Origin: Raja brachyura
Lineage: Eukaryota
DNA: 64,000 nucleotides
Reading direction: 5' to 3'
Assembly (NCBI GenBank): GCA_963514005.1
Contig: OY740794.1
Coordinates: 26,660,001-26,724,000, forward strand
In this document: positions 11,429-23,804 of the stretch, one piece after another
How the letters are laid out: every line of letters begins with the position of its first letter
Numbering within the stretch: position 1 is the stretch's first letter
Position numbers and translations under genes: made by a program
The notes under the pieces: model-generated
What the model was told of the DNA's origin: nothing
Seen by the model: only the letters and a program-made list of their open reading frames with translations
The model's database searches: none

Positions 11429-13902
11429 AGTAACAATCTGGAAAGGTGGCCATTTACACCGATGGAAATGCCTGGATTGGAGAACTGCACATTAAAAGCA
11501 GCTTTTTACTTATTAATTATTATCACAGATCTTTACTGCCATCAAAAACAAATCCAGTTTATTATAAAACAAAGGAAAATACAAAATGAAATCCCCAAAT
11601 CCTAACATGTTTAGTTAGCTGTTATGGGACAGTTTTTGTTTTATTTTAACAGAAAAAAGGATGGAATAATGGAACACATTGTCCAAAATGTTATTCACAT
11701 TTCCTAAATCTCAAGAAACAGAAAGTAACTTTGGTTCAACACTATAAATCAGCTGCAAAGAACAAATTGCAGGAGGACATCAATGGGTCAGGCAGCATCT
11801 GTACATGGAAATAGACAGTCGCTGTTTCAGGACGGGGCCCTTCGGCACACCGAGTCCATGCAGACCAGCGATCATCCCGTACTCCGTACTCCTCCTGTAC
11901 GCCTTTGGAGTGTAGGAGGAAGCTGGAGCACCCGGAAAAAAACCCACGCAGTTACAGGGAGAACGTACAAACGCTGTACAAACATCACCCATGGTCAGGA
12001 TCTAATCCGGGTCTTTGATGTTGTAAGGCAGCAGCTCTACCACTGCACCATTGTCTGTGATGTCTGACCCAAAGTCACTCCAGCCGTTTGTTTTTTGCTC
12101 CAGGTGGCAGCAACCGCAGTCTCCCGTCTTCACGATGAATCATTTTTTTCTACTTTGGGAATGGTCTGTATTCCAACATGTCATTCTAGCCAGACTAGAA
12201 GCAGGTTAGAACAGATTACCAAGAGATACAGGGAGGTGATGTACCTCCATTTTAGTTGATTTTGAGGGATGTCCTCTTTTAGAAGGAGTGCCACCAATTA
12301 ACAACAAATATTGAATGTAACCCTTGCAAACTAAAGACAAAACAGAAGTCAACACCACCGTATAATTTAACAAATTTGTAGAAGAACAGATGTATAATTT
12401 CTTTTACAAATTCATCACGATTTTTTAAAAACAAAACCAGATGAACCACAGAATTAAAATATGGCTGGATAAATGAAAACGCAACAGTTTTCTGCAGCAC
12501 CACAACTATACTAAATCTGTTCAATTAACTGCAGAGTAGTGGAATAAAGCTCAGAAAATGTAACAGGATGCATCTTCAATATATTAATTGCAATTTATCA
12601 AATGTAACAGCGTTCTTATGAGATAGGAAACTTTCATTTTGCACAAAACAGAAGTTAAATCTGGAAGATGGGGATTTGTCAAATAAAGTTGCTAGTTATC
12701 AGAATCTTTGCTCAGGAGACATGCCTTGTTTATTGGACACAGCTAAATTTGACTCTTTAATGAGGCAAAGAGAAGGCAAAAATTCAAATGTATACAGTGT
12801 CAACTGTGCGTGAATAACATTTAAATGTAGATTTAAATCTCCATCCAGTGGAGGAGAACACGTACATTTGTTTTTTGGGCAATCAAACATGACAGTAACA
12901 GCTCCTAGAAAAGTTGTGTGGTGTTCGAGATATCAGCTCGAGATATTACAATCAATTAACCAGCTCATAATCCCAGAGACTTGGTTTCAAAGTGGCAGGA
13001 TTGAAAATCTCAATCGATGCACTATGGTGTAGAATTACAATTTTATCCTTGTATATTTGTAAAAATTAAAAAAGACATATTTCACAGCAGTGCAGACACG
13101 TAGAGTCACAGTATATTTGTGCACTTTTCTTTTATGGTTTTCATTTATGTGGTTCCCCCCCAAAAAACATGATAACTTATAACCTAACAATTAACTAAAT
13201 AAATGGTGTAAGCTATTCGACAAATGTATTTCTGTACATTTCCTTGCTGGCATCAAGCCAGTAGGTACAAGATGCTCGAAATGCTATATTCATCCCAGCT
13301 TCAGACGCATTTTTTCAGCAAATAAGAGCAATGTTGAACCTGCAGGAGCGTTTTAGCCATAGCCACAGCTGCCATCTCCCTGAGCAATACCACCAGCAGC
13401 AGGCTGATGTTGGCGGGGGGGGGGGGGGAAAGGGTAGGAAAGTAAGCAACGCCTTCAGATCACGGACACAAGGTTTACTGTAACACCATGGGGATAATGT
13501 CAACTTTCCACCCAAACCTCTCTCCATGGTTTAAAAAAACCCTATCATTCTTAGGTAAGTTAGGACAGCACTTGTTCTCCACACGTAAAACTATCCACCT
13601 ATTTAGTGTCAATAGGGCTTATTTTGGGGGGGGGGGGGGGGGGGGGAAGAGAAAGGTTGTCTCTCAACTGCAGAGGGCAAGTTCTCAGAAGGTTAAGCTG
13701 CATCTTACGGTTACGCCGGGGGCAATAATTATAGGCACACATCCCCCCCCTTTTTTAGGGCAAGAATTGGGTTGTGTATTCTCAGACGGTCAGCTGCAGA
13801 GTGGAAAGGCTTTGGCGATTGAAGCAAGGCATTTGTTGTTTTCAACTCTTCCACATGCAAGGGTTGGAGGCACAGGTCCAAGAGCGTGCGGACTTCAGCC
13901 AC

Positions 13903-13990
13903 TCAGACACATTCTTCAGCCGACATCAGGAGTGGGTTGATGTATTCGAAGCCTTCAAATTCTGACTGGTCGATCTTCTTTACAGCGTCA
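13903..13990 (-). CDS. PRKCI: PRKCI exon 18 coding part (88 nt): [28 protein letters not shown]
   Basis: tttctgcag|TGACGCT ... GTC TGA. Confidence 0.97.
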
Positions 13991-16103
13991 CTGCAGAAAC
14001 AGAAGGAAGATCAGAACCCAGGGCAGTGGCAAATTGCTATAATGAGCTATGAGGGTCATTGCATTAATTTAGTGCTCACGTACTACTGGGAATAAAACGT
14101 TTTCAGTCAATTTCACAACTATAAGATCAAACCACGATCAAGCCACAGAACAGTACAGCACAGGAACAGGCCCTTCGGCCCACATTGTCTGTGCCATACA
14201 CAATGCCTTATCTGTCTGCACATAATTCATAATAAAAAAGGAACTGCAGGTGCTGGTTTATACCAAAGAAAGGCACAAAATGTTGGGAGTAGCTCAGCAG
14301 GTTAGTCAGCACCTCCGGGGAAAATGCATAGGTGACGTTTCAGGTCAGGAGCCTTCACCAGATTAAAGACGTCAGCGTCTGAAGAAGGGCCCTGATCCCA
14401 AATGTCACCTATCCATATTCGCCAGGGAACCTGCCTGCCCCACTGTGTTACTCCAGCACTTTGTGTTTATCTTATACATAATCTATATTGTGCCAGTCTT
14501 GGCCGTGGACACAATCTTTTTCTTCCTGTACGTCGGGTAGTTTATTTTATTCATCACTTTTGGCGGTTAAAGAAAGATCATGTTTACAGCAAATCTGTTA
14601 CTGCTCAGATCTGCCAAGAAACCATTTTCTCTGCATTGCAACCTTTTATGGACAACTGCAGCATCAGCTTGCAAGAAACTGCAGTGAAGAATTAGCAGAT
14701 TATCTGGCAGCAGGCCATCTGTCTGTATGTTAATCAGACTGGCTGCAGCAGGGAGGGATGTCAGGGAGAATGAGGTAAAAGGTGAAATATGCAACTGGGC
14801 AGTCTGACACCAGCAACGGGAGACGATGATGAAAAGTTAAGATGCACCCCACCCTAAAGGGCTCCAATTTCTCCTATCCTATGCATTATCTCCCGCCCCT
14901 CCTCCCGCCCCCACCTCCCACCCCAATTCTTTCCCGAACCCAGTGCGCACCCATTCTCAAACTCTCCCCCCCCCCCCAAAACTTCTAACCCATATCCCTT
15001 CTTCTGGCTTTACAATTCACTGCTCTTTCAAACCCCTTCTCGCATTAGCTGCGCCCTTTTGTCTCTAGTCTGTTTGTCACCCTTTTGTCTATCCATCTGC
15101 CTGGCCCACCGAGTTCCACCAGTCTTTGCGGTTTGCTTCAAGTGACATTTTCTTCTCTCCTTGGAATAAAAATTATTCCCCACATGATCAAAAGATGCTA
15201 CTGGGGCAGGGTTTGCATTTTGACAGAAATCGACCAGTCATGAGGGGAACGTACAAACTCTGTATGGACAGCACCAGTAGTCAGGATCTAACCCCGAATC
15301 TTGGGCGTTATAAGGCAGCATCTCCACTTTGCCACCCACTGTATAGAGGTACAGTGAAAAGCTTTTGTTTGTGTACTATCCAGTCAGAGAAACGACTATA
15401 CATGAATAACTACTGGGAATAGGCAAGATATTGGACAGGTTATCTCTGAGAAGGAACAATATTTGCATCATTGAGCCAAAGGGCTTCTTCCTGACACAAA
15501 GCTTTTAACCAAGCAACACACGCTGAACTTTGAATTAATCCAATCCACATTGCAAATGTGGATTGGATTTGCAACTGCAAATAGACAAAAAATGCTGGAG
15601 TAACTCAGAGGGTCAATAGCATCTCTGGAGAAAAGGAATAAGCAACGTTTCGGGTCAGAAGCCTTCTTTAAACTGAATAATGACTGCTACAGCTCACGTT
15701 AAAGTTACTTAAATATTTTTTCAAACAAATCTAGTTCAACAACTATACGAATGTTCTTGTTCTATGTGCCATTTGAGAGGCTGCCAGTGCAACAGCTGTT
15801 CAAAATATAATTGAAACTTCTTCACTTCCTTTGCAACAAATTTCTAATTAGAATACAAACCAAGGCCAATGGAAGTTATAAAGGCACAAATAATGTATCT
15901 TGATGAAGGTATAACAACTTTAGCTGGCAAAAATGTTTGTAGCTTCGGGTTGGGGCAGAATTTAATTCATTGCTCACCAATCGAAGATGAGCAACGTGGA
16001 TTGGCGTGGACTCGGTGAGCTGAAGAATCCCGTTTCCATGCAGTATCTTTCAATCAATGAAACAATTTGATTCCTACAGAGAACAAACGACTATGTTACT
16101 TAC

Positions 16104-16219
16104 TCATCGTCTGGAGTTAGCTGAACAGGTTCATTGGTGAACTGGGAGTCAAAGTTGTCAAGTCCAAATTCACCAGAAATATGCGGCTTGAAAGGTGGGA
16201 TGATCTGTCTCTGTTCCAT
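16104..16219 (-). CDS. PRKCI: PRKCI exon 17 (116 nt): [38 protein letters not shown]
   Basis: aaatctag|ATGGAA ... GATGA|gtaagt. Turn motif LTP. Confidence 0.96.
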
Positions 16220-16689
16220 CTAGATTTGCATAATGAAAAAAAAGGTTTAATTCTCAGCTCAATTAAATTGCTTTCTCGGTCAATTATGTGGCCACATTCA
16301 GTCTGATCGCAGTAGTATTGCTCTGTGAAACGACTGTGTTGGGAAAACAGTCGGGAGTGGGTGTAAATGGTCAAAAAGAACACAAAATGCTGGAATAACT
16401 GAACGGACCAGGCAGTGTCTCTGGAGAACATGGGTCAGCGACGATGTCCACAGGCGAGGGGAGTTTCTGATAGCCAGCCGATTGGAGCAAAGGCCAGAGA
16501 TAAGAGCAGAAGGTGTAAGGCAGGATTAAAGAGTTGTGGATTGTGAAACCAGAGTGAAGAAATTTGCAGCGGAGGGTGGGAGAGTAGCATGGAGGTGAAA
16601 TAAGTGTGGGTCGCAGGTGGAGCATAATAAGGGGGGGGAGATAGGTGGTGGTTTATTGCTCCGTTCAATATACCTCTGGGGAGTGCAGT

Positions 16690-16850
16690 CAGGGCTACGT
16701 TGTCGGCACTGTGTGGGGCTCAGGTGCACAAGGGAGAAGAGCAAATTTCAAGGGCAAAGGTGGCAAGTGACTCAATAATGAGGGAGAAATAGACAGATGA
16801 GAAGCCAGGATGGCGATGCGCTTCCCTGGTGCCCAGGTCGAGAATGTCCA
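16690..16850 (+). mobile_element. Highly decayed CR1 ORF1 (esterase) fragment
   Basis: gactcaataatgaggg..aggatgg..ttccctggtgcccaggtcgagaatgtc resembles DSIxRG..RMVCCxPGAxVxDV. Confidence 0.45.
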
Positions 16851-17210
16851 ATAGTCCACACCTTTAGGGGTGGTTCCCCTAAACCGGTTTGATCAATGTC
16901 AAAAAGGATGGCAAATGCTGGAACGCAGAACATAAAACAGAACTCTGGAAGAACTCAGCAAGTCAAGCATCTGAGAGGGCAAAAGGTGCAAGGAGACGGT
17001 TTGAGTCAAGACAATGCACCAGGACTGAGGAGAACGATTGTAGTTATGTAGCAGTGCGAAGGGGAGTGAGAGAGGCAGGTAGGGGATGATGGGCAGATGA
17101 AACTGTGTGAGGAGGATGGAAATAACTGGAAGGTGATAGATGGAACCTATCAGCCTCTGCCTTGCCTCACTCTCCCCCACTATAAACCAGCCATCTTCCC
17201 CATCCCCTCT

Positions 17211-19607
17211 CATAGGAACATAGAAAATAGGTGCAGGAATAGGCCATTCGGCCCTTCAAGCCTGCACCGCCATTCAATAAGATCATGGCTGATCATCCAA
17301 CTCAGTATCCCGTACCCGCCTTTTCTCTATACCCCCTGATCCCTTTAGTCACAAGGGCCACATCCAACTCCCTCTTAAATATAGCCAATGAACTGGCCTG
17401 AACTACTTTCTGTGGCAGAGAATTCCACAGATTCACCACTCTGTGAGAAAAAACAAAATTCTCATCTCGGTCCTAAAAGACTTCTCCCTTATCCTTAAAC
17501 TGTGACCCCTTGTTCTGGACTTCCCCAACATCTGGAACAATCTTCCTGCATCTAGCCTGTCCAACCCCTTAATAATTTTGTAAGTTTCTATAAGATCCCC
17601 CCTCAATCTTCTAAATTCCAGCGAGTACAAGCCGAGTCTATCCAGTCTTTCTTCATGTGAAAGTCCTGCCATCCCAGGAATCAGTCTGGTGAACCTTCTC
17701 TGTACTCCCTCTATGGCAAGAACGTCTTTCCTCAGATTAGGAGACCAAAACAGTATGCAATACTCCAGGTGTGGTCTCACCAAGGCCCTGTACAAGTGCA
17801 GTAGAACCTCCCTGCTCCTATACTCAAATCCTTATGCTATGAATGCTAACATACCATTCGCTTTCTTCACTGCCTGCTGCACCTGCATGCCTACTTTCAA
17901 TGACTGGTGTACCATGACACAAGAAAGGTCTTGTTGCATCTCCCCTTTTCCTAATCGGCCACCATTCAGATAATAGTCTACTTTCCTGTTCTTGCCACCA
18001 AAGTGGATAACCTCACATTTATCCACATTATACTGCATCTGCCATGCATTTGCCCACTCACCCAACCTATCCAAGTCATCTTGCAGCCTCCTAGCATCCT
18101 CCTCACAGCTAACACTGCCCCCGAGCTTTGTGTCATCCGCAAACTTGGAGATGTTGCATTCAATTCCCTCGTCCAAATCATTAATATATATTGTAAATAG
18201 CTGGGGTACCAGCACTGAGCCTTGCGGTAGCCCACTCGTCACTGCCTGCCATTCTGAAAAGGACATACTCCTACTCTTTGCTTCCCGTCTGCCAGCCAGT
18301 TCTCTATCCACATCAATACTGAACCCCCAATACCGTGTGCTTTAAGTTTGCATTCTAATCTCTTATGTGGGACCTTGTCGAAAGCCTTCTGAAAGTCCAG
18401 ACATAACACATCCACTGGTTCTCCCTTATCCACTCCACTAGTTACATCCTTGAAAATTTCTATAAGATTCGTCAGACATGATTTACCTTTCATACATCCA
18501 TGCTGACTTTGTCCAATGATTTCACCACTTTCCAAATGTGCTGCTATCCCATCTTTAATAACTGACTCTAGCATTTTCCCCACTACCGATGTTAGACTAA
18601 CTGGTCTGTAATTTCCCATTTTCTCTCTCCCTCCCTTTTTAAAAAGTGGGGTTACATTAGCTACCCTCCAATCCTCAGGAACTACTCCAGAATCTAAAGA
18701 GTTTTGAAAAATGATCATTAATGCATCCACTATTTCTGGGGCTACTTCCTTAAGGACTCTAGGATGCAGCCTATCTGGCCCTGGGGATTTATCGGCCTTT
18801 AATCCATTCAATTTACCTAACACCACTTCCCGACTAACCATGATTTCACTCAGTTCCTCCATCTCATTTGATCCCCGGTCCCCTGCTATTTCCGGCAGAT
18901 TATTTATGTCTTCCTTAGTGAAGACAGAACCAAAGTAGTTATTCAATTGGTCTGCCATGTCCTTGTTCCCCATGATCAATTCACCTGTTTCTGTCTGCAA
19001 GGGACCTGCATTTGTTTTAACTAATTTTTTTCTCTTCACATATCTATAAAAGCTTTTGCAGTCAGTTTTTATGTTTCCTGACAGTTTTTTTCCATAATCT
19101 ATTTTCCCTTTCCTAATTAAGCCCATTGTCCTCCTCTGCTGGACTCTGAATTTCTCCCAGTCCTCTGGTAGGCTGCTTTTTCTGGCTAATTTGTATGCTT
19201 CACCTTTTGTTTTGATACTATCCCTAATTTCCCTTGTTATCAATGGATGCACCACCTTCCCTGATTTATTTTGCCAAACTGGGATGAACAATTGTTGTAG
19301 TTCATCCATGCGGTCTTTAAATGCCTTCCATTGCATATCCACGGTCAACCCTTTAAGAATCAATTCCCAGTCTATCTTGGCTAATTCACGTCTCATACCC
19401 TCAAAGTTACCTTTCTTTAAGTTCAGAATCCTTGTTTCTGAATTAACAATGTCACTCTCCATCCTAATGAAGAACTCAACCATATTATGGTCACTCTTGC
19501 CCAAGGTGCCACGCACAACAAGACTGCTAACTAACCCTTCCTCATTACTCAATACCCTGTCTAGAATAGCCTGCTCTCTCGTTGGTTCCTCTACATGTTG
19601 GTTTAGA
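17211..19607 (-). mobile_element. 5'-truncated CR1 LINE with RT domain in intron 16
   Basis: ORFs 18239-19666, 17832-18311 and 17433-17795 carry KSPGPD, NYRPVSLTS, DFQKAFDKVPH, PQGS, KFADDTKL, RPHLEYC; (ctatgttt)-type 3' tail at ~17211-17228. Confidence 0.95.
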
Positions 19608-20361
19608 AATACACTCAACCCAAAACGTTGACTTGCACCTTTTCCTCCACAGACGCTGCCTGTCACAGATTTTCCAGTGTTCTATTCTTCATGCACTAGA
19701 ATGCAGAAAAAGGGTGATTGGGGGAAATTTAATGGAGTGTCAACTTATGAGACTCAGTGAAGACAAATAAAAAAGGATATTTTTGTCTTCACTTCACACA
19801 AGCCAAATATTAAGGTAATTGGCAGAACGTTTATTGCGGAATGAGGAAAACTTTTAAACTCCCAACAGTAGCAGGAGACTAACTTACCATTTAATAGGAT
19901 GATGGAAATATAAACCTACATGCTTGATTGACCGTTTAAAGAGCTGTAGTCCAAAAGCTGGAAAATACTATAGCCTAGAGGGCTCCATTTCTAATTACAT
20001 GAATTGGCTTCTGTACCATAAATTTCTATGGTCGGTATTCACTGTTTCCACAGAACTACACAGACACTAAATTAAGTGTATTTTCCCCTCTCCCTTCAGG
20101 CAAGAGGCACAGAAATGTGAAAATGCATACCTCCATATTCAGGGACGGTTTATTCCCAGTTGTTATCAGGCAACTGAACCATCCCATCGCCAACTAGAGA
20201 GTGGTCCTGACCCACCTTTAACCTGATTGGAGATCCTCCGATTATGTTTAACTAGACTATACTGAACTTTATATTGCACTAAACATTATTCCCTTTATCC
20301 TATGTTTGTACACCGAGGACGACTTGATTGTAATCATGTATGGTCTTCTCACTGACTGAAT

Positions 20362-20668
20362 AGTTTAGTTAAGAGATGCAGTGTGGAAACAGGATCTTTG
20401 GCCCACTGAGTCAGAGCAGACCAGCAATCCTCGCACACTAGCACTATCCTACACACACAAAACATTTACAATTTTTACCAAAACCAATTAACCCACAAAT
20501 CTGCATGTCTTTGGAATGTGGGTAGAAACCAAAGCACCTGGAGAAAACCCACACGGTCCCAGGAAGAAAGCACAAACTCCGTACAGACAGCACCCATAGT
20601 CAGGATCGACCCTGGGTCTCTGGCTCTGGAAGGCAGCAGCTTTATCATTGCATCACCATGCCGCCCAC
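20362..20668 (-). mobile_element. V-SINE (HE1-like); another minus copy at ~20845-21070 is nested in the hAT element
   Basis: Full head, central domain and tail in reverse orientation. Confidence 0.85.
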
Positions 20669-20727
20669 TAATAGCATACCACAACAAAACTTTTCACTGT
20701 ATCTTGGTACATGTGATTAAACTAGAC

Positions 20728-21691
20728 CAGGGGTCTCCAAACTATAGCCACAGCCGGCCCGTCACAAGATTTTATTCGGCCAGCAGCAAGCTCTTAACAC
20801 GTTCCGTGCGGCGGGCTATTTACCGGGTTCTGTAGTAACGCAGCTTTAGAGATACAGCGTGGAAACAGGCCCTTTGGAACATCGAAGCGATGCCCGTACG
20901 CACTAGCACTATCCTACACACCCGGGACAAATTTAATTAACCTGCAAACGTGGAGTGTGGGAGGAAACCAGAGCACCCGGAGAAAGCCCACGCAGGTACA
21001 AACTCCGTACAGACAGCATCCGTCTCTGGCGCTGAAAGGCAGCAACTCTACCGCTGCACCACCGTGCCATTGCTCCAGTGTTGCAATGGTAAGTTGTGTG
21101 GGGTGGTAGCATGGGGTGGGGAGGGGAGCGAGGGGGTGGACGGGGGAGCTAGTTGCAGCAGGGTAGGTGTGTAGCGGTCTCCCTCCGTGAGGGTGACACA
21201 TGAACCGCTCCAGTGCACCACACTGACCTGGATCCTTTGACCGGGTCTCCGTCGACGCGTGCCGTCACGGCCAGAGGAATCCTCCTATGCCCCCTCCTCT
21301 CTCCAACTTTCACTCTCTCCCCCTCTCTCTCCTGCCCCGTGTNNNNNNNNNNNNNNNNNNNNNNNNNNNNNNNNNNNNNNNNNNNNNNNNNNNNNNNNNN
21401 NNNNNNNNNNNNNNNNNNNNNNNNNNNNNNNNNNNNNNNNNNNNNNNNNNNNNNNNNNNNNNNNNNNNNNNNNNNNNNNNACGTGCATGGGTCTTTGTTA
21501 ATATGCCCGAGGGGTGATCACAGTGCGTGTGTGTGAAAGGGAAGACGGAGATCGAGATAGACTGTGAGAGAGCCTGTGTCTGTGCGTCAGTGTACGCGTG
21601 CGTGAGACATCTCTTTATTTTTTCCTATGGCCCGCAAAAATGGGCCAAATATATAATGTGGCCCTCATGCTGAAAATGTTGGAAGCCCCTG
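20728..21691. mobile_element. Non-autonomous hAT (Charlie-like) element containing a SINE and the assembly gap
   Basis: TIRs caggggtctccaaac / gttggaagcccctg; 8-bp TSD aactagac (20720-20727, 21692-21699) with a central CTAG. Confidence 0.88.
21343..21480. other. Assembly gap (138 N)
   Basis: Run of N. Confidence 1.
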
Positions 21692-22889
21692 AACTAGACA
21701 AATAAAGATGATCACAAACTTTTTGTTATATTGTTAAAAAAAAAATCCCTAACATTTTCAGCGGAAATAGTAACACTGCTGCAGAATCTAGTTCCTCAGC
21801 TTCAGCAGAGTTAGGTCAGCATAGATTTAGGGGATTATTCTGCAGGTTGGCACACTCAGCAACAGGCACATTATTATAAAGCATAATTGCGGAATCATAC
21901 AAATGCACTGGTTACAGTGCAGTGTTCCCTCATTTGTCAGCCGACTGAAAAACTCACTTCCCTTCTCCACTGAAGAGTTGTATGTGAACTTCCTCATGGG
22001 CTAATTCAGATGCTTTGTTCTTTAAAATGCTTTCAAAGACTCGCTGACAAGGCCTTGGAAAAGATCTCAACAGACTCAGAGATCAGAACTTCTGCTTTTC
22101 ATACATTGCTTTGCTGCATAAGAGTCAGACTAACGGTTTTGAACCATCCCAAACAGTTAACCTCTGCGTATGTGCGTCGGCCGTTTACGCCCACGCATGT
22201 CGCCATCATCCGTGCATGCACACCAGTATACCTGCCAGCCAGGAATGTCACGGTGCAGGCATGTAGATTGGTAACACTGTCCAGAGGATGTTGACGCGGG
22301 ACATGCGCGACATTTGGCTGAAACTTAGGCTGCACCCATTTTATGGATCAGAATATTAAATAGAAGATGGATCTTCCTTCCCTTTACCAGCACTCCTTGC
22401 TTTCTATCAGTAAAGCAGTGTAGTGGCAAGGCTAAAAGGATCCAAGATTTATTCCCATCCTGTACCACAATTAATTAATTGTTAGCTGAGGCAGGCTACC
22501 CTGATTTTTTCCCGGTTTTCTCTGGTTTCCTCCCACATTCCAAGGACGTGCAGGTTTGTAGGTTAATTAGCTTCAATAAAAAAAATTCCTAATTATCCCA
22601 AGTGAAAAGGTTAGTGTTAGCGTATAGGGTGATTGCAGGTCGGCATTGGCTCGATGGGCCTATTTCCACGCTGTATCTCCAAAGTCTAAAGTAAAGAGAA
22701 AAGGTTGGTGGGTGGAACTGGAGACCCTCTCTGGTAGAGACCCAACCCATACATGATGGGCCTAATAGCTTCCATTCACACCATGACCATTCTACAGTGA
22801 ATACAAGTAACAAAAAGAATTAAGGAAAAGTGATCATTTGGTTGCACCATCTAGCACATCATTCTGAAGAGAATTCTTTCCAAACTCAC

Positions 22890-22979
22890 CAAGTCCCAGT
22901 CTACGTTACGGAAGAAAGGATTCCCCTGGATATCAGCGAATCCCGTCTGCGGGTGACATCCAAGTCGCTCTGCTGGATC
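22890..22979 (-). CDS. PRKCI: PRKCI exon 16 (90 nt): [30 protein letters not shown]
   Basis: tattccag|GATCCA ... GACTTG|gtgagt. Confidence 0.96.
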
Positions 22980-23454
22980 CTGGAATAAAGCAAAAATCGG
23001 TAAGACTATAGTGGAGGAGCAATGAAAACAAACAGTATTTAGAATTTAAGCAGCTGCTTAAGTAATGGAGAACACTGGCCATTCCAGGAACCGAGTGAGA
23101 AGCCTATCCCCAGGTTGAATGTAATCAACAAATACCAACATCACAAACCCACATCATCCGAGAAAGTATTTGCTTTCAAAAAAAGATCTAGCTCTCTCTA
23201 ATCAAGCCTTATGTCCGTGATGGCTAATTTTCCTCCTAATTACCAGTTTTAACAATTACCCCACCTACGATAAACTGGCTGATGTAAAACACAAAGTGCT
23301 GAAGGAACAGAGGGTCAAGCAGCATTTGGGGTTGGCAGCAGGCCAAAGTCTGGCAGATTATAGGTGGATACAGCTGAGGGGGTGGATTGGTCAATGACCA
23401 GAGTTGAAAGTGAGAAAAGGATAGACGAGGTGCACATTTTGAAGTCAGGAAGGA

Positions 23455-23512
23455 AGAGTGTGTGTGTGTGTCTGTCTCTGTGTGTGTGAGTGCGAGAGCG
23501 AGAGCGAGAGCG
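23455..23512. repeat. Compound microsatellite (GT)n/(GCGAGA)n
   Basis: gtgtgtgt..gcgagagcgagagcgagagcga. Confidence 0.85.
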
Positions 23513-23724
23513 ACTGGGTTTATCATGACATACTTTCAAAAACATGGCTACAACATTTGCCATTTTCAGTCCTTGGGCACTACCATCACCACACAGTGGT
23601 TCAATATAATTTTTCAACAAAAAGATATGTAATGAATAAAGTAGTATTTGCAAGTTGTCATTGTTTTATGTTTCTGGAAGTATCTACTGTAAAGCAGGAA
23701 ATAAAACCAGTCAGAATTAAATAC

Positions 23725-23804
23725 CTTGTTAAGAAATCCCTTTAATACACTTGCAGCTTTGACAGAGAGGGAGCGTGGAATACGTATCTGTTTTTCCAAA
23801 ATGA
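23725..23804 (-). CDS. PRKCI: PRKCI exon 15 (80 nt): [27 protein letters not shown]
   Basis: tatttcag|TCATTTTG ... AACAAG|gtattt. Confidence 0.96.

Larger units (their letters stand above)
6160..13902 (-). other. PRKCI: Putative PRKCI 3'UTR (extent uncertain)
   Basis: Follows the stop codon. Unique AT-rich sequence continues to ~6180, where tandem poly(A) signals occur; beyond that the DNA is almost all repeats. Confidence 0.4.

Noticed and set aside
18239-19666. 475-aa ORF as a host gene
   Set aside because: Fragment of CR1 ORF2, 5'-truncated and frameshifted within the RT domain.
21213-21536. ORFs containing X runs
   Set aside because: Artefacts of translating across the N gap.
22155-22295. 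piggyBac-like MITE (ttaacctctg ... cagagg)
   Set aside because: The right end lacks the TTAA duplication and the inverted match is only 6 bp.
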